A stretch of 64,000 bases of DNA from a virus (taxonomy: Duplodnaviria > Caudoviricetes), in the IMG/VR virus record IMGVR_UViG_2841817361_000001, positions 1-64,000 of that record; one strand, written 5' to 3'. The notes beneath the pieces were generated by a model that was given only the letters and a program-made list of their open reading frames with translations, had not been told where the DNA came from and ran no database searches. Both the position numbers and the translations under genes were made by a program. Below are positions 20,559 to 33,000 of the stretch, in pieces (positions within the stretch are counted from its first letter, which is position 1; each line of letters opens with the position of its first letter).

Positions 20559-22901
20559 ATGAATAATACACAACATTCATTTATAAATAATTTTCCACCA
20601 GAGTTTGTTCCTAATTCTGAGAAAAAAACTATTGAATATGGGAGGAAATATGCTATGGCTATGTGGCAAGAATGGACAGCTACTTATAGTTCCAGAGCTT
20701 TAAATTTTGAAAAGCTACGTAAATATGCTAATGGTAAACAGGATTTAGAAGATTGTAAGAAGAGATTATATTCAATGGAATTTGTAAATCAAGATATGCT
20801 AAATGTTGATTTTGATAAAAGAATTCCTATTCTTCCTAGACAGTTAAGAAAAGCATATAATGGTATTAATATGGACGAGTTTTCGATTAATGTGTTTGCT
20901 CTTGATCCTACAGCCTTAGAAGAAAAACAAAATAGAAAAAAAGAAAAAGAAAAATTATTATATGCTAAAGATTTTATTAATGATCTTACTCAATTAACTG
21001 GACAAGAAATTGTTCCACAAGAAGCTATTCCACAAAGCCAAGAGCAGATAGACCTTGAAGAAGAAACAGCAGAACCATTAAAAATTGAACAATCTGAACA
21101 ATTAGGAATAAAGGCTGTATTAATGGATAACAACTTCAGTAATATCCAAGAACAGTTAAAAAAGGATTTATTGATTGTTGACCTTGGTGTTGTTTCCGTA
21201 TATACAGATAAAAACACAGGTATCAAAATAAATTATGAAAAACCAGAATCATATATTTATGAACCTGGATGTTTAGCTGACTTATCGAAATCAAATTATC
21301 ACGGAGTAAGAAAGAGTATTACGGTTAGAGAATTAAGAAGAATAGCATTAAATAACGGGATTGAATTAGACGATGATACAGTTAACAAAATATGTAAAAC
21401 CGATAAAATTCATGATGATAGGTATGTAGATGTTTTGTTCTTTTCTTTTAAAACTTCACATAATGATATTTTCAAGAAAAAGATAAACCGTAAAACTAGA
21501 AAAGTTTCGTTTATTGAAAGAGAGAATTATGATCCAAAACAACCATCAGATATTTCACAAAAAATAACTCAAAGCTATGATGTTTGGTATGAAGGTGTTG
21601 TTACATTAGATTCTACATATACAGTAATAAAATATAACTTAATTGAAAATTTACCTGAATATAAAGGTGAGATTCTATCTCCATTTATTGGCTGTTCTCC
21701 AAGATTAGGAAATTCAATTGTTGAAGAATGTATTGGTTTTATTGATGAAATACAAGCATTAGATTTTAAACGTCAGCATCTAGAATATGAACTTAGGGGT
21801 AATATTACAGAAATCGATTCAGACACAATTGCAGACATATCGCTTGGTGAACAGCCATTAAAACCAAAAGAAGTATTAGCATTATATTTTACCCGGGGAC
21901 TATCTTTTAGAAAAACTAGAGATAAAGATGGTGAAGATTTAAATTATAGTACAACTGCGATTCGGGAACAGCCATCAGCAATACCATATGCGTTAAGAGA
22001 AACTGTAGATCAGCTAACTCTACAAATAAATTTCTTAAAAGAACAGTTTGGATTTGCTGCAAATGATGAAACAAAACCAGCAGACCAAACATTACTAGAT
22101 GGTGAACCTTATCGTTTATCTGATAATTTATCAATGAAAGATATTGTAGACTCAAACTTTAAATTAAGTCTAGATGTTTGTAGAACTGTAAGTGCAAGAT
22201 TAAATGATATATTTAAATACTCAGATATTAAAAATAAGTATATCAATATGATTGGAAATGATGATATTGATACCATAGAAAAATACAAAAAGAATAGATC
22301 TTCTCATTACTTTGGTTTAGACATGGATTATATACCTACTAGGAAAGAAAGAATGCAGTTAATTACTGATTTGAATTTCTATGTACAACAAGGTATGTTA
22401 GATCCAATAGACGCACAAGAATTACGCTGGACTAAGGATATTAAATTAGCATACAAAATTGCTAGACTACGTATTAATGAAAGACAGAAAAAAGCACAAC
22501 AGTTTGAAATGGATAAACAGTCACAAGCTACTAATGGAAATGTTGAAGCTTCTAGGATTTCTAATGAGGAGAAACGCAAAACTTTACAACTTGAACATGA
22601 TTTAGCACTTGTAAGAGATAGATTGAAATTTGAAGACCAGGCTAAACTTACAGAGATTGATGGTAATTATAAACTAGAAATCGCAAATATTGGAGCCGAA
22701 AACAAAATAAACCTAGATAAATTCAGAAAACAAATTGAAGTAAATTTAACTGAATATAAAAAAGATAGAGATGCTGAATTAAATAAATATAAACAAGATA
22801 CTTCCTTTAAGAATCAAGCTGACTTAATAAAACTAAGACGTGGAGAAATTCAAGATGTAGGAAATAATCAGTTCCAAGAAGTCAACCTAAATAACAATTA
22901 A
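20559..22901 (+). CDS. Portal protein
   Basis: 780 aa directly after terL; LRKYANGKQ motif; long C-terminal coiled-coil barrel as in crAss-like/podovirus portals. Confidence 0.8.
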   Translation: MNNTQHSFINNFPPEFVPNSEKKTIEYGRKYAMAMWQEWTATYSSRALNFEKLRKYANGKQDLEDCKKRLYSMEFVNQDMLNVDFDKRIPILPRQLRKAYNGINMDEFSINVFALDPTALEEKQNRKKEKEKLLYAKDFINDLTQLTGQEIVPQEAIPQSQEQIDLEEETAEPLKIEQSEQLGIKAVLMDNNFSNIQEQLKKDLLIVDLGVVSVYTDKNTGIKINYEKPESYIYEPGCLADLSKSNYHGVRKSITVRELRRIALNNGIELDDDTVNKICKTDKIHDDRYVDVLFFSFKTSHNDIFKKKINRKTRKVSFIERENYDPKQPSDISQKITQSYDVWYEGVVTLDSTYTVIKYNLIENLPEYKGEILSPFIGCSPRLGNSIVEECIGFIDEIQALDFKRQHLEYELRGNITEIDSDTIADISLGEQPLKPKEVLALYFTRGLSFRKTRDKDGEDLNYSTTAIREQPSAIPYALRETVDQLTLQINFLKEQFGFAANDETKPADQTLLDGEPYRLSDNLSMKDIVDSNFKLSLDVCRTVSARLNDIFKYSDIKNKYINMIGNDDIDTIEKYKKNRSSHYFGLDMDYIPTRKERMQLITDLNFYVQQGMLDPIDAQELRWTKDIKLAYKIARLRINERQKKAQQFEMDKQSQATNGNVEASRISNEEKRKTLQLEHDLALVRDRLKFEDQAKLTEIDGNYKLEIANIGAENKINLDKFRKQIEVNLTEYKKDRDAELNKYKQDTSFKNQADLIKLRRGEIQDVGNNQFQEVNLNNN

Positions 22902-22913
22902 TAAAACATTACC

Positions 22914-23030
22914 ATGAAAAAAGTATTAAACCTAAAAGTATTAAGAGATATTCCTAAAAATATTAAAATGGATATACAACAAAATGTTCGAAATAAAGTT
23001 AAAAGTTGTAAAACTTGTAATAAAAGATGA
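22914..23030 (+). CDS. Small basic ORF (38 aa, ends KSCKTCNKR)
   Basis: Read manually between the portal stop and the terminator. Confidence 0.4.
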   Translation: MKKVLNLKVLRDIPKNIKMDIQQNVRNKVKSCKTCNKR

Positions 23031-23071
23031 TAACTAAGATTCAATTTTTATTGAATATTTAGGATTATGGG

Positions 23072-23100
23072 GTGTGGGCAGAAATGTCCGCACTTTTTTT
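23072..23100 (+). terminator. Rho-independent terminator
   Basis: gtgtgggca-gaaa-tgtccgcac followed by a T run. Confidence 0.8.
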
Positions 23101-23147
23101 AAACGTTAAATTCCGTTATAAACTGTTACTGTTATCCGTATTTGTTT

Positions 23148-23155
23148 TACATTTG
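23148..23155 (+). promoter_or_regulatory. Bacteroidota -7 promoter element (TACATTTG)
   Basis: TAnnTTTG about 20 nt upstream of ATG 23175. Confidence 0.6.
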
Positions 23156-23174
23156 TACTATAAAAGTTAACAAA

Positions 23175-23639
23175 ATGTCAACTACCATTTCTAAAAATCT
23201 TCAAAACTATCTTAAAAAGATAGAAAGTCAATCTAGTAAAGTTCCTGTAGATGGGTACTTTCATATTGATCATGTCATAGATGCTTTTAGTAAAGGTGAA
23301 CAATATGGAGTAGAAAAAGCACTAGAGGAATTTAAAGAAAATTTCGTTAGAGCAACTACTCAAATGTTCTTGTATGGTAATGATTTTATAAAAAATTTAA
23401 CTGAAAAAGGATATTCTGTTTCTGACTATTATATAAATCCATTTGATTTTAAATTCATGGTAACTACTCCGGTAGAAAATACTTTTAATGAAGATTTTAT
23501 TTATGCCTTTTACGAAACATCTTGTTTCTATGAAGAAAAATTCAAATCTGAATTTAATATTTCTATGAGAATTCTATTTATTCAAGATGTTGAATTAAAT
23601 GAGTCTGAACTAAAGATTAATGGATTTATAAACTTATAG
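23175..23639 (+). CDS. Unknown protein, partner of HEPN gene (copy A)
   Basis: Paralogous to 35239-35733 (YFHID..V..AF..GE..G; INP..FK). Confidence 0.7.
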   Translation: MSTTISKNLQNYLKKIESQSSKVPVDGYFHIDHVIDAFSKGEQYGVEKALEEFKENFVRATTQMFLYGNDFIKNLTEKGYSVSDYYINPFDFKFMVTTPVENTFNEDFIYAFYETSCFYEEKFKSEFNISMRILFIQDVELNESELKINGFINL

Positions 23640-23640
23640 A

Positions 23641-24018
23641 ATGCCTGATCATAAGGCTCATGCTGAGCATAATGAAAATCTTTCTAACTCTTTATATACT
23701 GATGGTAATTTTCTTGATTGGGCAAATACTATTGCATTTTATTCTGCTTTGCACTTTGTAAGTTGTAAAATATTACCTAATACATATAATGGTATAACTT
23801 GTACTTCTATAGCAGAAGCTGCTTCAGCTCTTAAAATAAAAGGCAAACATGAAGTAACACATGCAATGGTTTCAATTATATTACCTTCAATTAGTACCGA
23901 GTATAAATTCCTTATGGATGCTAGTTTTACTGCAAGATATTACAATTATAATGTAAATCCACATCATGCTAAAATGTGTCAGAAAATGTTGAATAAAATA
24001 AAATCTGCATGTAGTTAG
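23641..24018 (+). CDS. HEPN-like protein (copy A)
   Basis: DWANTIAFYSALH ... H ... ARY pattern typical of small HEPN domains. Confidence 0.65.
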   Translation: MPDHKAHAEHNENLSNSLYTDGNFLDWANTIAFYSALHFVSCKILPNTYNGITCTSIAEAASALKIKGKHEVTHAMVSIILPSISTEYKFLMDASFTARYYNYNVNPHHAKMCQKMLNKIKSACS

Positions 24019-24068
24019 ATAAAAAAATGGCAGCAATTTAATAATAATAACTGCCTTTCGTTTTTTAT

Positions 24069-27000
24069 TTAATTACCTTCTACTTCATTTTTATATTTAA
24101 TGTACTCTGCTTTTACGTTCTTAGTAAGTACTTTCTGAGTTTTTAACTGTAGTTTAAATTTAGTTTGTTGTTCAGGTGTCATGCCTTCTAAGTATGAGTA
24201 TATTAATATAGCTTTATTCTTATTATTATTTGCGCCATATTTAACATCAAACACCATCGGCTCAATTCCCTCCTTATCCATTAATGATTTTATTCTTTTA
24301 GCCATCATCTTTCGCTCTTCTGGATCTTTTGTTTCTTTTGCTATTTCTATTTTAATATTATTTATATTTTTCATTATTAATTCTTTAGAGCCATATTTAT
24401 CATATATATTTTTAGCGGAACTTTTAATCTTAGCTATCTGTATTTCATTTTGTTTCAATTCATCTTCAATTAATGCCTTTTTATTAAGTTGAACATTGAA
24501 ATCTGTAGTTTCATTAATTAATCTTTTTATAGCTTGTTCATATACATTTTTAACCTTTTCCTTAGCACTGACATCTGTTGCAATTGCATCTGCTCCTCCA
24601 TATAATATACCAACTAATGGATTGGTACTTGGAGAAGTAACAAAAGACTCTACAAATGCTTTCATTCTTACAGGGCTACCATCTAGTGTTTTACCAAGTT
24701 TTTTATAAAATTCTTCAACATTCTTCATACTTTCTCCCTCATAAGTTCTTGGTACTTTACCTATATCAAAAGATAAAGGTTGTTCTCTAAAGAAATCATA
24801 TCCAGTGGAATTCTGAAAAATTGCTTTATCTAAAGGAACTGTTGATCTTATTTCTTTTAATGCATTACCATACCCTTGTATACTTGTAGGATTCTTTAAA
24901 ACTGATGTAAAATGTAAAGGATCTACTTTTTCACTAAATGCATGTATAGTATTATCTAATATTTTGTCTGTACCTCTCTTTTTATATCCATTTTTACCCC
25001 TCAAATAATCTTCATATAAACCTTCCATAGCTGTAGTTAATGGGGTTAAAAATTCAGTTTTAGCTACTTTAAGAACTTTCCATTGTTTTGATTCTTTACT
25101 CCATCCTATAGGAATATTCCAGTAATTTTGTTTTTGTGAAGGCGATATTCCATCAAGAAAATCAATATAAGACTTTTCTACAGTTTCTTTATCTTTTTCA
25201 GGCGGTCTAAATGCTGCAATTAATAATTGAGCCAATGATGCCATAAATGCTACACTTCCAGCCCCCGCTTGTAGTAACCTAACGGTTGTTGCAATAGGTC
25301 TTTTATTTATAGTTTGTAATGCCACTCTAGTACCTTGCGTTGCTGCATTAAGATAAGGAATAGCAGCTTCTCCAGCTTTTGTAAATGTACCTCCTTGATT
25401 AAAATCTAATAACCCTCTTGAAGAAGACACGGCTCTATAATACATATTATCCTTTACTTCTTTAGATAGTTCTTCAACTGATTTATAAGTTGTATTATTT
25501 AACTTATTATATTCTTTCAGTTGGTTTTGGAGGGATCTATCAAAAACAGCTACTCTAAACATAGTTTCACTATAATTAGCCATAAATTTTAATCTTGCGA
25601 CACTAAAAATGGTTTCAAGTATACTTTTTATTTTGTGACTTATTTGTTTGCCAATAAAATAAGATATAGTATTTGTTAATGATGTTAAATCTTTAATTTC
25701 ACCTTGTTGATTAAGCCACTCCATTCCACCTCCGTATTGAATATACTTACTCAGGAGATTATCCTTATCTGTATTATTATGTTTGTAAATTTCACCAATA
25801 GCTTTAATAGAGTCTTTAGTCAATTTAGCAGCAGATGTAAGTAAGAATGAATTATACTCTTCTGAGAATAATAATGCATGCCCAAAGTCTCTTGGAGTAT
25901 TTGTAATAAAGAAAAATGGATTGTTTCCTGTTGCAAATGATTTAATTATTTTACTACCAGATACCCAGCCTATTATATTAGCAGTTTTAGAATTTATTAA
26001 TTTATCCATAGTGTCATGCCACATTTTATGAAATTCTTCTTTCATGAATACCTGGTGACGAACACCATTCTCATAATAGTAAGCAATTTTATATCCTTCT
26101 GGTGTTGTAGATTCATATTTAGGCTTACCACTTTCAGTAAATCCTATGATTCTATTTTCTTTAATATTACTTTGTAATTGTTTAAAATATTTAAAGAATT
26201 TCTTATCACCTTCAGGAATATTATCCGGATTAATAGATTCAAATTTTGCCTTAGCATCAGGGTAATACTTTGTGAAGAAGGTTCTATTTACTTCATTCAT
26301 TCCTATAGCTTTATATCGGCTAGTTAATGCTGACTGAATTAACCATTTAGAATCCATTAACATATCAGATGCATCACCTTCTGATAAACCTATAATTTGC
26401 TCTTTAGATAAATTGCCATTTTCATTTCTAAACATGGTTCTATCTGATGACATTAATTCTCCATCTGCATCTAAAATATAACGTAGGAATTTTCTGGGTT
26501 GGTAGTCTACATCTTTTAATTCTTCATATACTTCATTACTTATAAGCCCGCTTTCACGCATGTCAGATAATAGACTTTTAAATGCATCGAAATAAGTATT
26601 AGCCCTTTTAGCTAGCTTTGAGAATGTATCTTCTCCAATTTCAGACTTATATGCATCCAAGGCTTTTTGTGCTGTACTAGCATCTTGATACCCGGGATGA
26701 TCTACAACAGGTAATCCCTTTTCTTCACGATTTTTATCTATTGCAATAAATCTTTTTGCAGATATTATTTTATCTAATAACTCAAGCTCTGAAACATTTA
26801 ATCCTTCATATACTTTTTCATCTACTTTTTTAAACTCTTCTTTAGCTTTTGTTGAGGTTCCAGAATAAGCTATCATCCGGTCAACTACTGGAGATGCTCC
26901 TATATTTTCTAATATTCGTTTTGGAATAAATTGCCTATCAGCAGACTTAGTCATAAAACTTTCAAACTTTTTCTTTCTCCAAGCATTTATTTTTTCATTT

Positions 27001-30000
27001 CTGAGTAATACATTACCATTTTCATCTTTAAACCTTTTCGTTAAAACTTCTTTCGAAGACTTATAAGAATCATCCAGCTTTTTTCTAGCTTCTTCAGGAG
27101 ATATAGTTTTATTAGCTAATCTATTATAAGTTGATTCTGCCATTCGTTGTTCATCAATAGAATTAAAAGAATCTTTAATTTCCTGTAATGATTTACCAGA
27201 GTTAAATTGTTGTTCTACATTTTGGCTTACTTCATTATATTTATCAGTCGTTCTCTCTATTTGAGTTTTATTTCGTTCTTCTGCTTTCGTATTAATTTTA
27301 TTAAATAATTCTGTAAACTTGTTGAAGTTTGAAATTGAATTACGGGTGCTTAGAATTCCAGTTGCAGCTTTTAGTAAACGCGAAACTTCAGTTGGAGTTA
27401 TCTTCCCACTAATCATATTTTGATTAAGGAAAATTACAGTATTATCATATGCTTCTTTAGCTTGTCTTTTTCTTTCTGCGACCTTTTCTCTATATGATTT
27501 ATTAGATTTCCTTAATTCTTCAATTTTATTTTTATAATTCTCATGTATCTTCTCAATTTTATTGAAGGCAATTTCTTTTTCTTTTTTAGAAGTTTGTTCT
27601 TTTGCTTTTTCAACAGAAGTTTTTTTCTTATTAATCTGATCTTCACGATGAAGAATAACTTGCTCTTGCATAAGTTTTGTTATTCCTTCACTGTCAATTA
27701 AAGCTTTCTGTTTATCAGATAAACTTTTATAAAATGCAGACTCTTTAAATTTAGCTAACCCAGCCTCAATACCATTTGTTTCAGTTTCATTTAATACCTC
27801 TTGAATAGTTGATACTGGCATAAGTTTTTTTATCATAAATCTTACACCAGAATATGCTTGAAGATTAATTGAATCATCAGCATCCTTTAATCTATTTATA
27901 TGGTCATCTATAGACTTCTGTAATTGAAACTCTTGTTTTAATTCTGTATTGTTTTTAACACCAAACAATCCTTTGATATAATCTACAATTCTTGTTAATA
28001 AGGATTTTGGCTCAGGATTATTCAAAGTATCTAAATAGCTATCAACTTCTGATTTGAAGTTGTCATTAGCTATGTATTCAGCTATGAATTCATATGTATT
28101 AGAATAACCATATGCATTTGTTTTATTAGGATTCTTTAATGCTTCTTCATAAGCTGAGCGAGCTTCATTTCTAAATGTAAGTTCTTGTTCATTTAATTGT
28201 GATGAATCTATTTTATCTGCCAGGTAATAAGAAGTAAAAACATGTGCTAACTCATGTTGTAAAACTTTAGTTTTAGGAGTATTATTAGAATCATTTACCC
28301 ATTCTTGAAGATAAATTGAGTTTCCATTAGCTTCACCTTCTCCATTCTCAACTAATGATTTTGTAATATTATCTAAAAGTTCTTGTCTAATATATGACTC
28401 TTCATAAGTACCATTATCAATCAATATTTGATAATCTTTCATTAAGTCATTTACATAATTATTTATCTGGCTTTTAGATTTATCAAATAGATTATCATTA
28501 ATGATGTATATTTTAGTTCCAAACTTTCTTGCAAGATTTGCTATATCATCTGAAACTTTATATCCTTTTGCTATTAATTCATCTATACTAGTAGTATTAT
28601 CTCCAAAGAAATTTGATAACTCAACATCATCCTTTATTTTTAGTTTATTGGTATTATCGTTTCTAATTGAGAAATTAGTTCCTGCTGAACTTGAGTAATT
28701 TGATTCTGGAGTTAAAGATTTATTTCCTGAAATATCACCTAAAACTTTATTTGAGAAATTATTTAAAGATATATTTGGATTTAAATTACCAATACCTAAT
28801 ACTTCACCTATCTTATTGAAAAAAGCTTTAAACCATTGAACAAACTCAGCCATTTTACCCCTAGCTTGACGTTCTTGATATTGCCATTCTCCATAGTTAC
28901 CTATATGGGTATTTAATGCTTCATTCCATAATTCATTATCAGATAAGTTATTATAATTACCTTCAGACTTTAATCTATTGAATATTTCTTTTCCGGTTTT
29001 AGTTTGTTTTAATAGTTCAACACCTTTTTTAAATCTACTTGGCATTAGTTGCTCCCATAAGTGGGAAAACTCATGTATTGGAGTATTAGCATTTAGATAT
29101 TCAGGATTAATATAAATAGTACCATCTGGTAACTTTGCTCCATAAATAGTACCATTATTATTTCTCATAAATTTAACTGGAGCATATTGCCCTTCTCCCT
29201 GATCAATCCATGCTAAATCAGATGCGTTAACTTTTTTAGAATAAACCTTACCCTCTCCAGAATATGATTCTGCATTCATTCTTGAAGGAGTTACAAATAT
29301 ACCTTCTTTAATTGGATAACTTGAATATACTGTTACTTCACCAGAATCTAATACATTTTGCATATCTTCAACAGTAAAATCAGGATACATTTCTCCATCC
29401 TGAAAAGCTTCTTTGAAAGCCTCATCTGCTGTTAATATATCATTTGTAGTTCTAATCCATGTATTATAGTCATTTGGTGCAGGGTTTTTCTTATTAATTA
29501 ACTCAAGTTGTTTTTCTTTTCTTGCATTATCATTTATTAAAAATTTAGCATCAAAATTTATATTTAATCCTAAAGATTTGGATTTATTTAAAAACTCATT
29601 CCAATCAGTAGTTATACTTAAATTCTTAAATGCTTTTGAAAATGGTTTTTTAAGTTTTTCAATTAATGAATCAAATGCTTCTTGAGATATAGGAATAAAG
29701 TTTTCTGATGATCTTTGTAATTGAATTGGATTACCTGATTCATCTTTTAAGTTCTGAACTAATGGAGATCCTGTGAAATATGTTTTACCATCATCACCTT
29801 TAATAGTTAATCTACCTTTATTTTCTGATTCAACAACTCCACTTCTAGTATCACCAAATTGATTGAATGATACTCTTTTGCCTACATAATTAGTGGATGC
29901 TGTACTTTCTGTAACCGGAACATCTGTTTTAATTTTAGGTTGTTTAGATAAACTAAAACCTCTCTGTTTCTGGTTTATAAACTTGTCTACTTCACTTTGA

Positions 30001-33000
30001 TCAGAAAAATCAAATTCACTGTCTCCATTTCTATCTTCTATTAAATTTCCATTATTATCAGTTACAGTTACTCTAAAGCCGTTATCACCATCTGGTAATC
30101 TAATTTCTTTAGTTGTAGCTATTACATTTTCTGATAATCTAGTTTGATTTGGATTTAGCTCATTTGATACGGATGTTTCTTGTGAACGCAAATCATTCGG
30201 ATTTACTTCAACTTGGTTAGTACTTCCTGGTAATTCATTGGCTTGTACTGTTTCACTTTTTGAAGTTTGTTGTTCCTGATTGATATCAGGTGCAGATTGA
30301 ACTCTTTCATTAGAGTTAGTACTACTTCTCGTTTGGTCATTAAATATTTTGTTTACTCTAGATAATAAATCATCAAAATTTACTTCTTCGGAAACGTTGG
30401 AAGTTTGGGCATTTTCATTTTGCCTAATGGTTTCAATGGGTGAATTTGTAGATTCGACAGATGTGTTTTCATTGAAAGAAGACTGTTGTTCCGGTTGTTG
30501 TGTATTTTGTCGAATATCGTTTTGTTGGTTACCTTGTTTTTCATTTGTTTCTCTTTGTTTATTAAGTATTAAGTCAATATTGTTTTGAATATTATTTAAA
30601 TATTCTGAATCAATATTAGGCTTGTTAGTATTCAAACCTAACATTGATTTTATATTATTCCATATTTTCTGAAGTAAATTATTACTTTCAGTATTCGAAG
30701 ATTCATTTGAAATAGTACCTACCCATTCTCTAAATTTATTATTAGACATGAATTCAGCAACAAATTCATATTGATTTGATAATCCATATAAACTAGTCCC
30801 TTTAGGATTAACTTTATTACCAGATTTTTTTAATTGATTTAATTTTTTTATTTCTGAATATAAATTATCATGAGCTGCCATTTCTTCTTCAGTATAATTC
30901 TGTGGATTGATACGCATATCTTCCATAGTTAATACTGTTGCAGCATGAACAGTTTCATGGTATAATACATCTTTTCCAAAGAATTTAGCAAGCTTATTAA
31001 TGTCTACTCTTCCAGTATCATAATTTAAAATTTGATCATTATTATCTCTCTCTACTACAGAATAGTTTTGACCTGCAACTAATGCAGACTTCATTACTCT
31101 TGATAATATACTTTCTCCCTTGTCTCCCATTAACCACTTTTCATTAATTCTAAAGTTTTCTGGAAGAGCCTGTATTACTTTTTCTTCAACTCCTGCTTTT
31201 TGAAGTTTTTCAATTAATGATTTATCCTTAATTAAATAAGATGGACTTGAGTTACTTCCTGTTGGTTCTGGTCTTGTAAACGAATCTTGGCTTGATTCAG
31301 TATTTGTTTTTTCTTGTCCTTGTGTTCCTTCTGGTGTTTGTTCTGGTGATGTGGTACTTTCATTATTAGGAGTTTCATTTAATATTTGTTCAACTTGTGA
31401 TTCTAGTGATGAAATTTCAGATTCAATTCTAGGTTTGAATGCAGCATCTGCTTGATTCAAATCAGTACGTTTCGTTTCTAATTGTTGAAGTACCTTAATT
31501 GCATTATCTAAAGAATCAGTAGAATAATTCTGTGAATCTGGAATCTTATTTAAATATTTTTTCCTCGTTAATACCTCATTCTTAACTTCATCCAATGTAT
31601 TTGAATAACTGTCAAAACTAGAATCATTTGACATTACATTTAACATGTTATCTGCCCCATCAAAACGAGATAATTCTGTAAGTAATTGGCTTCTATTATA
31701 ATTAGATAAATTAATTTCATTATTACCTAATTTAATATTTCTAGAACCTGAACCTCCCATTAAAGATGCTATTGCTGAAGGCGCAATTGTACCAATAACT
31801 ACATCTTTATATCCTTCACCATCTGTTAATTTAAAATCTGATCCAGAAATAATATTAGTAACATAATTGGTCATGTCACCAACAACTTGCTGAATTAATT
31901 CTTCTTTAGTTTCTCCAACTACATTATCTCCTATTTTTGAAAACAACGATTTTGCATTAGCTAAAATTCGTTCCCCATTACTAGTACTTAATGAAGAAAG
32001 TAGTTGTTTGTATTCATTATTAAACCCGGAAAGAAATTTACTGTCTGGATTAATTCTTTGAATTAATGATTGTATAAATGAATTTACAGTAGCATATACT
32101 GTTTTGCCTGCTGTGGATGAAATTCCTGAGTCTTCAGCACTTTTGTAACTGTCATTATACATTTGAACAAACCATCCTGATACTGATTTGTTTTCAACTG
32201 AATTAGCACTTTGAGCATATCTTGCAAAATTTCTAGCTTGTTTTGCAATTTCACTTTCTGCACCAAAAGCTTGAGTTGTTTTTGAAGCAAGGCTTATTGC
32301 ATTATTAGTTATTGTATTATTTATTAATCCACCAACTTCATTTGTTATTAAGATATCTCCAGCCATCTTACCTGTTAAGAAAGCCATACCTGAAGGATTA
32401 TATTCTGAATCTTTTCCAGTTTCTTTTAAACCGGATATATTACTAACAGGTTTATAAATTCCATTTTCAATCTGGAATAATTTACCATTTCTTTCTTCAA
32501 AAACTCTACCTGAATTATCACTATATTTTGTAACATTTGTTCTTAATGGTGATATCTCAATATTACCAAGCTTTAAAGGTTCATTTAATTGATCAACTGA
32601 ATCTTTTACATCTTGACTAAAGGGTGTAGTAAGTATTCTTAAAATACCTGAACTAGCATCCATTGCTGATTGACCTAATCCTAATACTACTTGGCCTAAA
32701 ATATTCTGTGTTCTTGCAATACCATCACCACTTAATACTCTTGCTTGGAAATCTTGTGCTTCGGAGTCTTCTTTATTTACTCTTGTAAATATTTTATTTA
32801 CATCAGATGTAATACTATCATTTTGTTGTACATTTTTTATATTATTCTGAATACTATTCTGAACAGTATTTATTTGATTTACATACTGATTTACTAAATT
32901 AAAATCACCAGTTTCTGCTGCTGACTGAACATTATATTTTAGATTAGATATATTATTTTGTTTAGCTTCAATATCTAATAATTCTTTCTGATTAGTCCAG

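Noticed and set aside
24181-32290. Short ORFs antisense or out of frame within the giant gene, and similar ones within terL, portal and capsid
   Set aside because: Shadow ORFs with no independent coding signal
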